The notes: generated from the letters alone by a model not told the origin. Shown: positions 37,390-48,369, counted from the stretch's first letter. The stretch is 64,000 bases of DNA from Candidatus Kerfeldbacteria bacterium RIFCSPHIGHO2_12_FULL_48_17 (GCA_001818775.1 MHKD01000042.1:41022-105021), one strand, 5' to 3'. A program made the numbers and translations.

Positions 37390-38435
37390 AAAGATGCTAA
37401 TAGCGAATCAAATAAAAGTTTCGGTTGCATATTTTTTCGTAAAGACTCCTGAGCTTTCTGCAGCCTGTCAATGTGAAAGAGAAGCTCGACGGTTTCGTAC
37501 TTTTGCGCCACCGAACGCAAACGGCCGGAAAAAGACGGCGAATGCACATATTCCTCATGCCCCAATTGCAGGTAAATGACATCTCTTGCCACAGTAGTGC
37601 CATGAACGATCATGTTTTGTGCCCAATTCCGCAAGCTCTGACCGGCCAATGACCGCGGCCACGCAGAATCAAGTCTGCCAAAACGCTGGGCCAGGGATTC
37701 AGCTTCAAAAATTTCCAGCCACCAAACAACCACCTTGTGAAAATCCGCCCGCAAAGAAGGGTCAGCAACAAAAGCCAGCGCTTTCCCGGGTCTGCCAAAA
37801 CTCTCACGACTCAGGTTAAGGGCATCTTCTCTGTCCCCGAGGCGGTCAACGAGCCAGGGATACAAGGCACCCTGCCCGACAGGAAACATAGGAACAATAT
37901 GACAACGGGAAATGAGGGTCTTAGGGAGATGATGGAGAGTTTCCGCAATGAGGATGACGACGGCATTTTTCGGCGGCTCTTCCAACATTTTCAAGAGGGC
38001 GTTGCTGGCTTCAAGCGTCAGAAACTGAGCGCCGTCGATGACCCCAATTTTATACGGAGAGAAAAAAGTGGAAACAGTCTCATGTTTATGGAGTTCACGT
38101 ACCGTTTGTATGGAAATGGCAGAACGCGCACCGGCGTCGGCAGCCTGATCAAACCAATAAACATCAGAATGATGCGTCGACTTTTGCCAAGAAAGACAGG
38201 AAGGACAGACGCCACAGGCAACGGCTGAAAACGACCCGGGCGTTTGACCACGATCGTGGCGAGATTGGCATACCAGTGCCGCCACAAAAAAACGAACAAG
38301 AGGAGCTTTCCCAATATGTCCGGGGCCGTGGAAAATATAAGCATGTGATATTTTGCCAGAAATAAGACTTTTCTCCAAGTACTCCTGAACAAAATTATGT
38401 CCAACAACCGGCCAAACATGTTGCATATGGTTCAT
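37386..38435 (-). CDS. holB: DNA polymerase III delta' subunit
   Basis: HAYIFHGP..IGK, CGVCPSC, ASNALLKMLEEPP, TLISRC; start at ATG 38435 overlapping the upstream TGA. Confidence 0.9.
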   Translation of the reverse strand: MNHMQHVWPVVGHNFVQEYLEKSLISGKISHAYIFHGPGHIGKAPLVRFFVAALVCQSRHDRGQTPGSFSAVACGVCPSCLSWQKSTHHSDVYWFDQAADAGARSAISIQTVRELHKHETVSTFFSPYKIGVIDGAQFLTLEASNALLKMLEEPPKNAVVILIAETLHHLPKTLISRCHIVPMFPVGQGALYPWLVDRLGDREDALNLSRESFGRPGKALAFVADPSLRADFHKVVVWWLEIFEAESLAQRFGRLDSAWPRSLAGQSLRNWAQNMIVHGTTVARDVIYLQLGHEEYVHSPSFSGRLRSVAQKYETVELLFHIDRLQKAQESLRKNMQPKLLFDSLLASL

Positions 38436-39649
38436 GAAGATATAGTACCATATTTCATAAGCACATCCCAGGTCTGCCTGGCCGTTTCTTTCCAGGAAAA
38501 TCGCGCTAATTCGGCCTTCCCTGCTTCCCGTAATTGTGCCTGGAGTTCTTTTGAGCACAAAACTTTTTCCAAAGCCCGGGCCATATCGCCCGCATCAAGC
38601 GGGTTAAAATAATACGCTCCTTTTCCGGCTATTTCGGGTAGAGATGCGATGCGTGAAGCGAGTAAAGGAGTGCCGCAGGCAAAAGCCTCCAGCGCCGGAA
38701 TACCAAATCCTTCATACAATGATGGAAAAACATAGGCATCGGCAGCGCTCAAAATAACGGGTAAATCTTCCTGCGCCACGTAGCCGGTTTCCTGAACCGA
38801 ATTCTGTACGCGGAGACTTTGGATCTTCGCCTGAATAAGTTCGTACTGAAACCCCGGCATACCAGCCAAAACAAGTTTGTGAGGCAGACCCGATCGCTGT
38901 TTAAAAATCGCCCACGCTTCAATGAGCTTAGGGAGATTCTTCTTCTGTTCAAGCCGACCCACGAACAAGACATATGGCTGCTGCAAATGATACTGATCAA
39001 GAACACGCTTGATGCGATTCTGATCGCGGATGGGCTGAAAAAGCGACTGATCAAAACTGTTATAAATACGGGTGATTTTCTCAGGCGGAAAATGATAGCA
39101 ATCAATAATCTCCCTTCTGGAAAAATCAGAAACCGTCAGAATATGCTCAGCGCGTTTCAAAGCGAAGCGCGTGGCCCATTTGTGGTAATCGAGTTCATTA
39201 TTACTGAAACGACCAAAGGTAAAAATTTTAACCAGCCACTTCAGCAAAATTTTTGATAAAACTTTTTCATTGGCAATCGGGTGGAAATCATACAATTGCT
39301 CCATTCGTTCGAAACCAATGTCATGAAGCGTGACAACCGTATGCCGAGGATGAATAAGCGGCATGGTATGCGCCGGAACAAAAAGCACCTGAGGCTTGTG
39401 GAAAAGCATTTCCAAAGACAGGCGCAGCTGGGTCCACAAAAACTTCGGCGGCCAAGCCAGATACCTTGGGAAAAAATACTTCGGCAAATCCTTGGCGAGA
39501 TCTTCGCGCATGGGTTCCCTGGTATACAAAAAAACCTTATGTTCAGGTCCGATAACACGGGCCAGATGCTTAATCAAAAAAAAGGAATACCATTCTGTCC
39601 CGGTACGGTGTACTGAATTTGCCCGTGAAGCATCGATACCTATGAGCAT
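38432..39649 (-). CDS. GT4 glycosyltransferase
   Basis: MLIGIDA, VGRLEQKKN, PSLYEGFGIPALEA. Confidence 0.92.
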   Translation of the reverse strand: MLIGIDASRANSVHRTGTEWYSFFLIKHLARVIGPEHKVFLYTREPMREDLAKDLPKYFFPRYLAWPPKFLWTQLRLSLEMLFHKPQVLFVPAHTMPLIHPRHTVVTLHDIGFERMEQLYDFHPIANEKVLSKILLKWLVKIFTFGRFSNNELDYHKWATRFALKRAEHILTVSDFSRREIIDCYHFPPEKITRIYNSFDQSLFQPIRDQNRIKRVLDQYHLQQPYVLFVGRLEQKKNLPKLIEAWAIFKQRSGLPHKLVLAGMPGFQYELIQAKIQSLRVQNSVQETGYVAQEDLPVILSAADAYVFPSLYEGFGIPALEAFACGTPLLASRIASLPEIAGKGAYYFNPLDAGDMARALEKVLCSKELQAQLREAGKAELARFSWKETARQTWDVLMKYGTISS

Positions 39650-39667
39650 ATATTTGCAATAAAAGTG

Positions 39668-40693
39668 CTAACGCGCCGTTAAACGAGTGGCAACAATACT
39701 GCGCTTATACGACTCAAGATTCTCCAAAGCGATGCCGGTTCCTTTCACAACGCACAACATGGGGTCTTCCGCCACATAAGCAGGAACATCCGTGGCCCTG
39801 GACAAAAGCTGATCAAGATTGCGCAGCTGACCGGAACCGCCGGTAATAACCATCCCCTTATCCATAACATCAGCGGCCAATTCCGGTGGTGTTTCCTGCA
39901 ACACCGATTTCACCGCCTGAATAATCGCGTTAAGCTCATCCTGAATGGCGTCAGTGACGTCATGCGATGTGAGGGTTATCGTACGCGGCAGACCGGAAAC
40001 AACATCACGACCACGCACGTCCATTGCTCCCATTTCTTTCAGGGGCAAAGCAGAGCCTATTTCTATTTTAATATGTTCGGCGGTCCGCTCGCCGATGGAG
40101 AGTCCGTATTTCTTACGAATGTATTCACTGATGGCCACATCAAATTTATTCCCACCGACGCGCACCGAGGTACTGGCAACAATGCCGCCCAAAGAAATAA
40201 CGGCTATTTCACTGGTACCGCCGCCAATGTCAATGACCATGTGCCCCGAAGCCGATCCAATGGGAATATTGGCGCCAATCGCCGCGGCCATGGGCTCCTT
40301 AATAATATATGTCGCCTTCGCGCCCGCCTGAACAGCAGCGTCAATAACGGCCTTGCGTTCGGTGGAGGTAATCCCGGCCGGAACAGCCACCATAACCTCG
40401 GGTCTGACAATACGCACGCCACCGATAGCCTTGTTAATAAAATAACGGAGCATGCTCTCGGTGGTTTTATAATCGGCAATGACTCCATCTTTCAACGGCC
40501 TGGAAGCGACGATGGAATCGGGTGTGCGACCGAGCATTTCTTTCGCCTCGTTGCCAACGGCCAAAACTTTTTTATCAGTAATGGAAATCGCAACAACCGA
40601 AGGCTCATTAATAACAATACCGCGCTTGGGAATATACACCAGCGTGTTGGCGGTACCGAGATCGATACCAATTTTTTTGATCAGATTAAACAT
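39668..40693 (-). CDS. mreB: Second MreB/Mbl paralog
   Basis: IGIDLGTANT, RPLKDGVIAD, EPMAAAIGA, DIGGGTSE. Confidence 0.93.
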   Translation of the reverse strand: MFNLIKKIGIDLGTANTLVYIPKRGIVINEPSVVAISITDKKVLAVGNEAKEMLGRTPDSIVASRPLKDGVIADYKTTESMLRYFINKAIGGVRIVRPEVMVAVPAGITSTERKAVIDAAVQAGAKATYIIKEPMAAAIGANIPIGSASGHMVIDIGGGTSEIAVISLGGIVASTSVRVGGNKFDVAISEYIRKKYGLSIGERTAEHIKIEIGSALPLKEMGAMDVRGRDVVSGLPRTITLTSHDVTDAIQDELNAIIQAVKSVLQETPPELAADVMDKGMVITGGSGQLRNLDQLLSRATDVPAYVAEDPMLCVVKGTGIALENLESYKRSIVATRLTAR

Positions 40694-40733
40694 AAGGAAG
40701 GTTAAAACGTGATACCGCCTCAGAACCGAGGCC

Positions 40734-42752
40734 TCAGCGCAGTTTTATGAAGAATTCACGATCAACGCTTAAATCAGTGGAAAATCTGATCTTATTATCA
40801 CCGTCATCCTGGCTAATGTCAAGGGGTTTCCACTCCAAAATTCGCTTACCTAAGTCAAAAACAACATTAAGGCCATGCTCAAGTGTTCCTGACTGTTTCT
40901 GGACCAATAAGGTATACCCATCACCCTCAATCTGTTCCTGCACACGCTCTGGCAGCGTATAGCGAAAGCTGAGAACTCCTTCCTGGCCCGGCTCAATCGA
41001 AATGAAGGCGCCAAAGCTGGTTTTACCGAGTTCATCAATAACTTCCACTTCTCCGGGCTTGGCGCCGTGAAGCTTGTCATTCTCCATGACGCCACCCGAA
41101 TCCAGGAGCTGACTCCCCTGCGGCACATACACACGTGTGTAGGTGCGATAGCGAGTGGTCTTCCAGTCAAATTTACCGTTATGTTTATAATGGATTTCCA
41201 CATTACTCACCAAACCCTGTTCCTTGTCATCGGAAAGCGTATAATTGACCGTTCGTTCCATTACCTGATCGGTTTTTAAACTGGCCAGATTCGCATCAAC
41301 CACCATGAGGAAATCACCATTGGTCTGTTTTAATTCTCCGGACCAGCCCTGGGCCTCAACCAGCGACTGAACGTGATCATCCTCAAGTGAAATCAGAATA
41401 TGCTTTTGATTGACATCATTCTGGAACGTCAACCATAAATCCTTCCAGCGCTCCTTTGGCAGGGCCATAACGTGATCCATGATGCTGTTCGCCAATTCAC
41501 CGATAATGGCTTTACGTTCGGCTTCGGAAAGGCCGCGTTTATAAAAATCAACTTCAACCTCGTACTGTAAAACATCAATGAGGTTTTCACTGGTGAATTC
41601 AACACCGGAAACGGTTATGGGTCCGGTGAGCTCCAGCAATGACTGAATAAACGTCGGGGTGACGGATATAACGCCATCGAGGCGTTCCTCCGGCCCGTCT
41701 TCGAGGTGATAAAGTTCAGTGGCCAACTGGGCAGCCTCATGAAAATCCGGACTCCAGTTGGAATCACGTAAAAACCATTCCGTGCCGCCGATATATTTTG
41801 AAATCTGCCACGGCGGAGCCTTGAAATTCTTCCCCTTTGATTTTTCATCAATATTATAAATATTATCGGTTTCAAAGAGAGCGATATCCCCGTTATAAAG
41901 CTTAAGCGTGCCGTAAGTACCGATAAAACCCCCGGTCGGACGAAGCTCGGTGTTGTTTTGCAGCAGAAAAAGATACGTTTTTTCATTGGGGTAACCAACG
42001 ATCGCTGGCAGAGCTTCCATGGCCGGCACTGCCTGGTCAATAACCGACTGAATAAGCGGCAATTTCTCTTTCACGGTGTCACTTGCCTTTTTTATGGAAG
42101 ACAGCAGGCCGTATTCGGGAATTTTCTCCATGGCCAAAACCGCCAAATCCAGATCTGCCTTGGCGCCCTGGAGTTCAGGCGGCGATTCGTGCATTTTTTT
42201 CAAAATCTGACGCTTTTGTTCCGGACTGATGGCATCAAGACTCACGTCGCTGTCCTCCTGAACCACCGCGAGAATTTCATCCCCGAACTTCACAAATTTC
42301 AGCAGAGAAGAACTCAACTGTGAACCGGCAACAAGAATATTCTCCGTGGCATTGACCTGCCTTGAGACAAGCGGAATGAGTTTCAGAACTTTCATCTTAT
42401 CAACACTGACCAGAGCAGCATCAAACTCCGCCTGGGCAGATGCCAGGGCCGCAACGGCATCATTGAGATTTTGCTGTTCAATAAGACCCTGAGCCCGAAC
42501 AATTTCATCCTGACCACGGAGCGCCGCCTGATACGCGGCCAGGGCGTTTTGATAATTGGCCAGCACCAGAACAAAAGAAAGAACAATAAATACTATCAAA
42601 AAAAGACCGGCTTTTTTCATGAAGGAAAGTTTTTTCTTTTTTTTCATAATAATTCTATGTTCTGACTGTTGTTTACGGCTTTTTTTTGAGCCTGACGGAT
42701 GTTTGCTGCCGGATATATCAGAGTCGGCGACATGATGAAGAAAATTGGTCAT
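40734..42752 (-). CDS. DUF4012-domain membrane-anchored protein
   Basis: LLQNNTELRPTGGFIG, RDSNWSPDF, YTRVYVP.GS, QKQSG. Confidence 0.85.
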   Translation of the reverse strand: MTNFLHHVADSDISGSKHPSGSKKSRKQQSEHRIIMKKKKKLSFMKKAGLFLIVFIVLSFVLVLANYQNALAAYQAALRGQDEIVRAQGLIEQQNLNDAVAALASAQAEFDAALVSVDKMKVLKLIPLVSRQVNATENILVAGSQLSSSLLKFVKFGDEILAVVQEDSDVSLDAISPEQKRQILKKMHESPPELQGAKADLDLAVLAMEKIPEYGLLSSIKKASDTVKEKLPLIQSVIDQAVPAMEALPAIVGYPNEKTYLFLLQNNTELRPTGGFIGTYGTLKLYNGDIALFETDNIYNIDEKSKGKNFKAPPWQISKYIGGTEWFLRDSNWSPDFHEAAQLATELYHLEDGPEERLDGVISVTPTFIQSLLELTGPITVSGVEFTSENLIDVLQYEVEVDFYKRGLSEAERKAIIGELANSIMDHVMALPKERWKDLWLTFQNDVNQKHILISLEDDHVQSLVEAQGWSGELKQTNGDFLMVVDANLASLKTDQVMERTVNYTLSDDKEQGLVSNVEIHYKHNGKFDWKTTRYRTYTRVYVPQGSQLLDSGGVMENDKLHGAKPGEVEVIDELGKTSFGAFISIEPGQEGVLSFRYTLPERVQEQIEGDGYTLLVQKQSGTLEHGLNVVFDLGKRILEWKPLDISQDDGDNKIRFSTDLSVDREFFIKLR

Positions 42753-42763
42753 TATGTTTTATT

Positions 42764-43600
42764 TTATTTTGTACACGGTTGATACTTTGGTTGCCTCAAA
42801 CCGTATTTAAATATGAATTTAACCCAATCTTTAATGTGCAAACGGGTTGTATAACTGAAAATGATCTTCAGGCCACTGGTTGCGGCTGATTCGCGTTTAT
42901 GAAAATGGGTAATGTGTGTGAAAGGATAGTATACAACTTTTAGCCCATAATCCCAAGCGCGGAAGCAAAACTCAAGATCCGAAAAATACAAAAAGAAACG
43001 CTCGTCAAGCAAGCCAATCTGGTCAAAAATGGAACGTCTGATGTACATATTCGAACCCAAAACCCAATCAACTTCACGAACAGAGGCATGATCAAAATCC
43101 TTCATAAGATAACGATCTATATCCTTCTTCGCCCAGGGAAGTTTATAAAAAAATGTCCGACGATAAATCGGGGTCAGAAGTTTATAAAAACGAAAACAAG
43201 AATACTGAACAGTTTCATCGGTGTTATACAATTTCGGACCGACAATGCCAACGTCCTGATGTTCATCCATATAATGAAGAATCTTGATAATATCATCGGT
43301 ATCAGAATACAAGATATCGGGATTCATAATCAGGACATATTTCCCCTTGGCTTCACGGATGCCGACGTTATTTCCGGCGGTATAACCGGTATTGGTATTC
43401 ATCGCAATAAAACGCAGCGGTACTTTCAATTCGGCTTTTAAAAACTTTTCCTCCATCATCTCCACCGTGCCATCATGGGAAGCATTATCAAGGACAATCA
43501 ATTCATACTGAAACGGCAAATGCAAATCAAGAATACTCTGAATACCGTTCTTCAGCATTTCCCGATCTTTGTAATTGAGAATAATAATCGATAATTCCAT
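42764..43600 (-). CDS. GT2 glycosyltransferase (WbbL/rhamnosyltransferase-like)
   Basis: LSIIILNY, LDNASHDG, MNPD, DERFFLYFSD. Confidence 0.9.
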   Translation of the reverse strand: MELSIIILNYKDREMLKNGIQSILDLHLPFQYELIVLDNASHDGTVEMMEEKFLKAELKVPLRFIAMNTNTGYTAGNNVGIREAKGKYVLIMNPDILYSDTDDIIKILHYMDEHQDVGIVGPKLYNTDETVQYSCFRFYKLLTPIYRRTFFYKLPWAKKDIDRYLMKDFDHASVREVDWVLGSNMYIRRSIFDQIGLLDERFFLYFSDLEFCFRAWDYGLKVVYYPFTHITHFHKRESAATSGLKIIFSYTTRLHIKDWVKFIFKYGLRQPKYQPCTK

Positions 43601-43602
43601 GA

Positions 43603-44652
43603 CTAGGCTTTAACAAACCAATGATGAACTTCCCCCGGGCGCAATGTGGAATGGGAGAATATGTATTTTCTTTTCATTTTCATCCGCGCCAACTGACGAA
43701 AGAAAAGAGGTATAGCAGCCAGTGTCCTCTGTTCAAACAGAAGAACGTAAACAAATTTTTTCAGCTCGTACCAAAAAATAAAAGGAAAATCGCGCCAAAA
43801 ATTCCGTGCTGAATCATTTTTCAGCAACACCAACCAGTGATTTTTGTAGGACTGAATGTTATCAATCTTTGATTTTCCCCGCCGGTTGGCCATGGTTCCC
43901 CGATCACTCAAATCCGTACTTCTGCTGACCCGACGATTATGATAGGCAATGGCAGAGGGTAAATACCACAGCGAATAACCGGCATGCCTCAATCGCCAGG
44001 ACATATCATAATCATCTTTATACGCCATGATATCTTCATCAAAATACTCGTGTTCAAATTTCACCGCCTCAAGCGCCGAGCGCCGGAAACACACCAAAGC
44101 GCCGGAAATCCCGAAAACTTCCTGCGGAACATTATACTGACCCGTATCAACCTCGCTCTCACCACGGTCAATGGCGCGCCGGTTGCGAAAAACCTGCACC
44201 CCCGTGGTATCTATCTTAAAAGATTTCACCAAAGTTTTCAACCGGACAAGATCAGAGCTGAACTCCATCTGTTCCCCGGGGAATTTAAGCAATTTTCCGC
44301 CAACAGCCGCAATTTTTTCGTCCTTAAAACCCTTCAAAATCTCCTCAATAAAATTGGGTTCCAAAACAATATCATGATTGCAAATAATGATATACTCCCC
44401 CTTCGCAGCATTGATCCCAATATTAAACCCTTTGGAAAACCAATAATTTTCCGGATTCTCGATCAGCCGTACATCGGGAAACTCTTTTTTCAGAACTGCG
44501 ACCGTATCATCAGGAGAAGCATTATCAATCATGATAAGCTCGATATTGGTATAGGTTTGTCCCCGGATGGAAGCAATGAGAGGACGTAAATACGGCACGC
44601 TCTTGTAGGTAAGAACCAATACAGAAACCAATGGACTGTGTGCGTGGGGCAT
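43603..44652 (-). CDS. GT2 glycosyltransferase
   Basis: IDNASPDDT, CNHD, FDEDIMAYKDD; start at ATG 44652. Confidence 0.9.
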   Translation of the reverse strand: MPHAHSPLVSVLVLTYKSVPYLRPLIASIRGQTYTNIELIMIDNASPDDTVAVLKKEFPDVRLIENPENYWFSKGFNIGINAAKGEYIIICNHDIVLEPNFIEEILKGFKDEKIAAVGGKLLKFPGEQMEFSSDLVRLKTLVKSFKIDTTGVQVFRNRRAIDRGESEVDTGQYNVPQEVFGISGALVCFRRSALEAVKFEHEYFDEDIMAYKDDYDMSWRLRHAGYSLWYLPSAIAYHNRRVSRSTDLSDRGTMANRRGKSKIDNIQSYKNHWLVLLKNDSARNFWRDFPFIFWYELKKFVYVLLFEQRTLAAIPLFFRQLARMKMKRKYIFSHSTLRPGEVHHWFVKA

Positions 44653-44656
44653 AGTA

Positions 44657-45328
44657 CTATTTTTTATGAAGAGTAAAGAAAAAATAGATGAGAACAAACA
44701 GCAGGGCGAGCGCGCCCAAGAGAGCGATGATTTGATACGGGGCTAAGAACAGGTAGTCTCCCAGAAAACTCAAAAGTAACGTATGCGGTATAAAACCTAT
44801 AGCCACTATAGCGGCGAACCGCCGAAAGGACAAGCGCGTCAGGCCGAGAAGAAAACTCAAAATATCCACCGGGAAAATCGGGAAAATATAAAAGACAATG
44901 AGATGCTTGTCAAAACGATGGAGGTAATCCGTCGCTTTTTTAATCTGCTTTTCATGGAAGAGCTTCTCGACCAGGGGCTGTCCGAAAACATCCGCCAAAA
45001 GAAAAGCCAGGCAAGAGCCAACCACGCTACCTATATAGGCATACAGCGAACCCAGCCAGGGCCCAAAGAGAAAACCGGAAACAACTGAAATAATCCCCCC
45101 AGGTATAGGCGCGACAACCACCTCTCCGACAATAATAACGATAATAAGCAATGGCCCCCATGGTCCGGCGTAAGTAATAAAATCCCGCAAGAGCACTTTA
45201 TCAGTGAGGATATCTTTATATGCCCACAGGAAAAAAAACAGGGTCGCGACAACAGCAATCAAAATAAAAGCTCCCGCCAGACGTTTCGTGGGAAAAGGGT
45301 GAAGGTTAGGATGTGGATTTGGTTCCAT
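44657..45328 (-). CDS. TVP38/TMEM64 (DedA/VTT) family membrane protein
   Basis: APIPGG...GFLFGPWLG, PIFPVDILSFLLGLT; start at ATG 45328. Confidence 0.88.
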   Translation of the reverse strand: MEPNPHPNLHPFPTKRLAGAFILIAVVATLFFFLWAYKDILTDKVLLRDFITYAGPWGPLLIIVIIVGEVVVAPIPGGIISVVSGFLFGPWLGSLYAYIGSVVGSCLAFLLADVFGQPLVEKLFHEKQIKKATDYLHRFDKHLIVFYIFPIFPVDILSFLLGLTRLSFRRFAAIVAIGFIPHTLLLSFLGDYLFLAPYQIIALLGALALLFVLIYFFFTLHKK

Positions 45329-46835
45329 GTGTTTGTCTTTCTTTTTTATTATAAACCTCAATGACCGCAAGAGAAAAGAGGATCCAACCAATGCCCAAAG
45401 GGTGATTCAGAAACGGCGTCGTGGTATGAATGAGGAGCACGCTCACAAAACCGAGCATAATGCCCACGACAATCTTGTTACCGTCATCATGCGGTTGCCG
45501 GAAAAAAGGCCAGGCAGCAACCAATATCCGACCCAAAAAATACAGATAGGCAATAAGACCAAAAATACCTAACTTTAGCCATAAATCAAGATATCCCCAT
45601 TCAAAAGAAAACGTGGTATAGAGGCCATCCGGATTATTTGCGAGTGCCCTGGGATCATGTGTCTTATACGTCACCGTCGTCCCAAAACCCGAACCAAGAA
45701 TAGCGTGGCGCGTAGCGGCAGTAAGCAAGGGCCCAAGGAGTTGAAAACGGCTGGCACCCGCCGCCTCGGTGGTAACATCTTCAGTGCGATCCGTGATCAG
45801 TCCGCGAGCGGAAACATTGACACTGCGCATGGGCAGGGGAAAATTCACCAGTCCGAGAACGAATCCAAAATCAAACAAAGCAACAAGCGCCAGGGTGGCG
45901 GTAATCAGACCGATCTTTTTCCAGGAAAATTTCCATACAAAAACAAATAATCCGTAAAGAAATACGATGGTTATCACCGCTCCGACCCAAAAACTGCGTG
46001 AATAGCTGACAAAAACAACGAGCAGAGCAAACGCCCCCCTCACAAACACCGACCACCAGGAATGCCCATTCTCACGCTTTACGTAAGGCGTGAAAAGCAG
46101 AAACGTAAACAGCAGCAGCCCGAAAAAAATCGCATAAATATGACTCTGAAAAAAAACCCGCGTGAAATTTTCAAGCTGGGTAATCTCACCCACCCCGGTG
46201 CGGCGGACCCAGGTATACACATCAGGCAAAACGACGGTAAACTGCTGTGAAAAAATAAACAGCAAAAAAAGTGTCTTCATGATGGAGACCGAGACCGCGG
46301 CCACGATCACCTGCAAAACCGCAACAACATCTTTTTTACTGCGGATAGCATCAACGAACGGCGCGGCCAGGGCGAAAAAAAGATACCCATTCATGTCAAA
46401 AAAAATATTACCGAGCGGGTTGCCGTGAAAATACGCCAACACGACCGACAGAATCATAAAAAAAACAACCACACAATAGGGAATAAAAAAAGTGCTCGGA
46501 TAAAAACGGGCGGACCTCGATCGGATAACGTGCAACACCCAGGCCAGCATGACGACCAAAAAAATACCAAGCCTCAATGAAAGGTCAAAACGCCCCAAGG
46601 GAAGAGAGAAAAGATACCCCTTGGACGCTACGGCCAGTTCGGCCAGCACTATCATGGCTCCATAGAGTAAACGCCTATACGACAACAAAAAGGTGACGCC
46701 GATAATCACCAAAAAGGCAAAAATATTCAGCGCCGGGTACAGAAAACCAAAAAATGACAAGAACTCAACAACGCAAACACCAAGAAAAGCTATGCGGAAA
46801 TATTTCCCGAAAAATATGCTGGGAGAAAAATTCAT
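45306..46835 (-). CDS. O-antigen ligase/polymerase-like membrane protein
   Basis: About 12 TM helices, SYSRSFWVG, ILGSGFG, periplasmic loop then LKLGIFG. Confidence 0.8.
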   Translation of the reverse strand: MNFSPSIFFGKYFRIAFLGVCVVEFLSFFGFLYPALNIFAFLVIIGVTFLLSYRRLLYGAMIVLAELAVASKGYLFSLPLGRFDLSLRLGIFLVVMLAWVLHVIRSRSARFYPSTFFIPYCVVVFFMILSVVLAYFHGNPLGNIFFDMNGYLFFALAAPFVDAIRSKKDVVAVLQVIVAAVSVSIMKTLFLLFIFSQQFTVVLPDVYTWVRRTGVGEITQLENFTRVFFQSHIYAIFFGLLLFTFLLFTPYVKRENGHSWWSVFVRGAFALLVVFVSYSRSFWVGAVITIVFLYGLFVFVWKFSWKKIGLITATLALVALFDFGFVLGLVNFPLPMRSVNVSARGLITDRTEDVTTEAAGASRFQLLGPLLTAATRHAILGSGFGTTVTYKTHDPRALANNPDGLYTTFSFEWGYLDLWLKLGIFGLIAYLYFLGRILVAAWPFFRQPHDDGNKIVVGIMLGFVSVLLIHTTTPFLNHPLGIGWILFSLAVIEVYNKKERQTHGTKSTS

Positions 46836-47734
46836 ACCTTCGATTGCGAACGGGGTTTAATATGGAGCCAGGCAACGACATGACTCAAAAGCATGCTGAT
46901 GGGATGCAGCAGCGCAATAACGAAGGCGGCTGGGCGGCCCCAGTGCTTGCGGGCATACACCTTAAGGCTCGTGTTAAAAACCTTTTGCTTTTTCGGTGAA
47001 ACCATCTGACCAAAACTCTTACCTTCTTCATGCAGCAAAGTCGTCGCAGGCGTGTACCAAATGGCGTAACCCGCTTCTTTCATACGCTTACAAATATCCA
47101 CATCTTCAAACCACAGCCAAAAATCTTCATCAAAACCGTGCAACGTGTCGCGCAACACGTCACCACGCGCAAATATGGCGGCTCCCATAAGCTGATCAGT
47201 TGGCTGTTCCTTGGTATAGTCAAAATCCTTCGCCAGATAGTGGCGAACCGAACCGATTCCGGAAAAAATATGATGGAGCTTGAGCAGAATAACCACCTGC
47301 GAAGAAAGCGTTGGAAAATTCTTCACCGAAGGCTGAATTTTCTTGTTGGCGTAGACCAAACGCGGTCCAATAAAACCAACTTTCGCGTGTTCCGGTTTTT
47401 CCATCCAATCGTACAAGACCTGTAAAGTGTCTTCAATGAATTGCGTATCCGGATTGAGGATAAAAACATACTTGCCGCGGCTCTTGCGAATACCGATATT
47501 TTGCCCGCGGCCAAAACCCAGATTATCTTTACGGGCAATCAAATCCACCTGCGGAAACTCCTTCTGAATCATTTCGACACTGCCATCCTGTGAGTCATTA
47601 TCAACAACAATAACTTCAAGCGCCAGGCGCTTGGTTTGTTCATACAGGGAAACAAGACAGCGCCTGAGAAAATCCTTCACCTTCCAATTCACGATCACCA
47701 CCGTGACATCAATGGGTTTGTTGCTCTCGGACAT
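46832..47734 (-). CDS. GT2 glycosyltransferase
   Basis: VVDNDSQDGS, NLGFGRGQN, LNPD, FDEDFWLWFEDVD. Confidence 0.92.
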   Translation of the reverse strand: MSESNKPIDVTVVIVNWKVKDFLRRCLVSLYEQTKRLALEVIVVDNDSQDGSVEMIQKEFPQVDLIARKDNLGFGRGQNIGIRKSRGKYVFILNPDTQFIEDTLQVLYDWMEKPEHAKVGFIGPRLVYANKKIQPSVKNFPTLSSQVVILLKLHHIFSGIGSVRHYLAKDFDYTKEQPTDQLMGAAIFARGDVLRDTLHGFDEDFWLWFEDVDICKRMKEAGYAIWYTPATTLLHEEGKSFGQMVSPKKQKVFNTSLKVYARKHWGRPAAFVIALLHPISMLLSHVVAWLHIKPRSQSKV

Positions 47735-47736
47735 AA

Positions 47737-48348
47737 TTATTTGATTAACGAATACGTCTGCAAAATTTTATCGACATAACGCGCCATCATATCAACTTCA
47801 AAGTTCACTGTATCACCGGCCTTAAGTCCGCCTAAATTTGTAACCTCACGCGTATGCGATATAAGTCCCACGGCAAAACCGTCAGGCGTAGTCTCAACCA
47901 CCGTTAAACTGACACCATTCACGGCAATCGTGCCCTTGTACGCCAGAAATTTGTGAAAATCAGCCGGTATTTGAAAATATAAACGGAGATAATCACCATC
48001 AGCCCGAACTTCGCTCACCTGAGCCAGGCCGTCAACATGACCGAGTAAAAGATGGCCACCAATCGTGCCATTATAGAGTAGTGACTTTTCAATGTTACAA
48101 ACCGAGCCTTTCTTAAGGAAACCAAACGTTGTCAGCCGCAGTGTTTCCGGCATCGCTTCAACGGTGATGGAGTCAGCCGTTCTCTCGATCGCCGTAAAAC
48201 AGACACCATCCAAATTCACACTGTCGCCTATCTTGACATCAGAAAAATAATCCGGTTCGTTCACACGCACCTGAAAAAGTTTACCACCCGCCCGCGCCGG
48301 ACGCACGGCGGTTATTTCCCCCTGAGTTTGAATAATACCGGTATACAT
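47737..48348 (-). CDS. ribE: Riboflavin synthase (alpha chain)
   Basis: MYTGII, GDSV..DGVC.T, GGH...GHVDG, KGTIAVNGVSLTV, VNFEVD; internal two-fold repeat. Confidence 0.9.
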   Translation of the reverse strand: MYTGIIQTQGEITAVRPARAGGKLFQVRVNEPDYFSDVKIGDSVNLDGVCFTAIERTADSITVEAMPETLRLTTFGFLKKGSVCNIEKSLLYNGTIGGHLLLGHVDGLAQVSEVRADGDYLRLYFQIPADFHKFLAYKGTIAVNGVSLTVVETTPDGFAVGLISHTREVTNLGGLKAGDTVNFEVDMMARYVDKILQTYSLIK

Positions 48349-48369
48349 ACGTATTATTTGACTGTTCCT

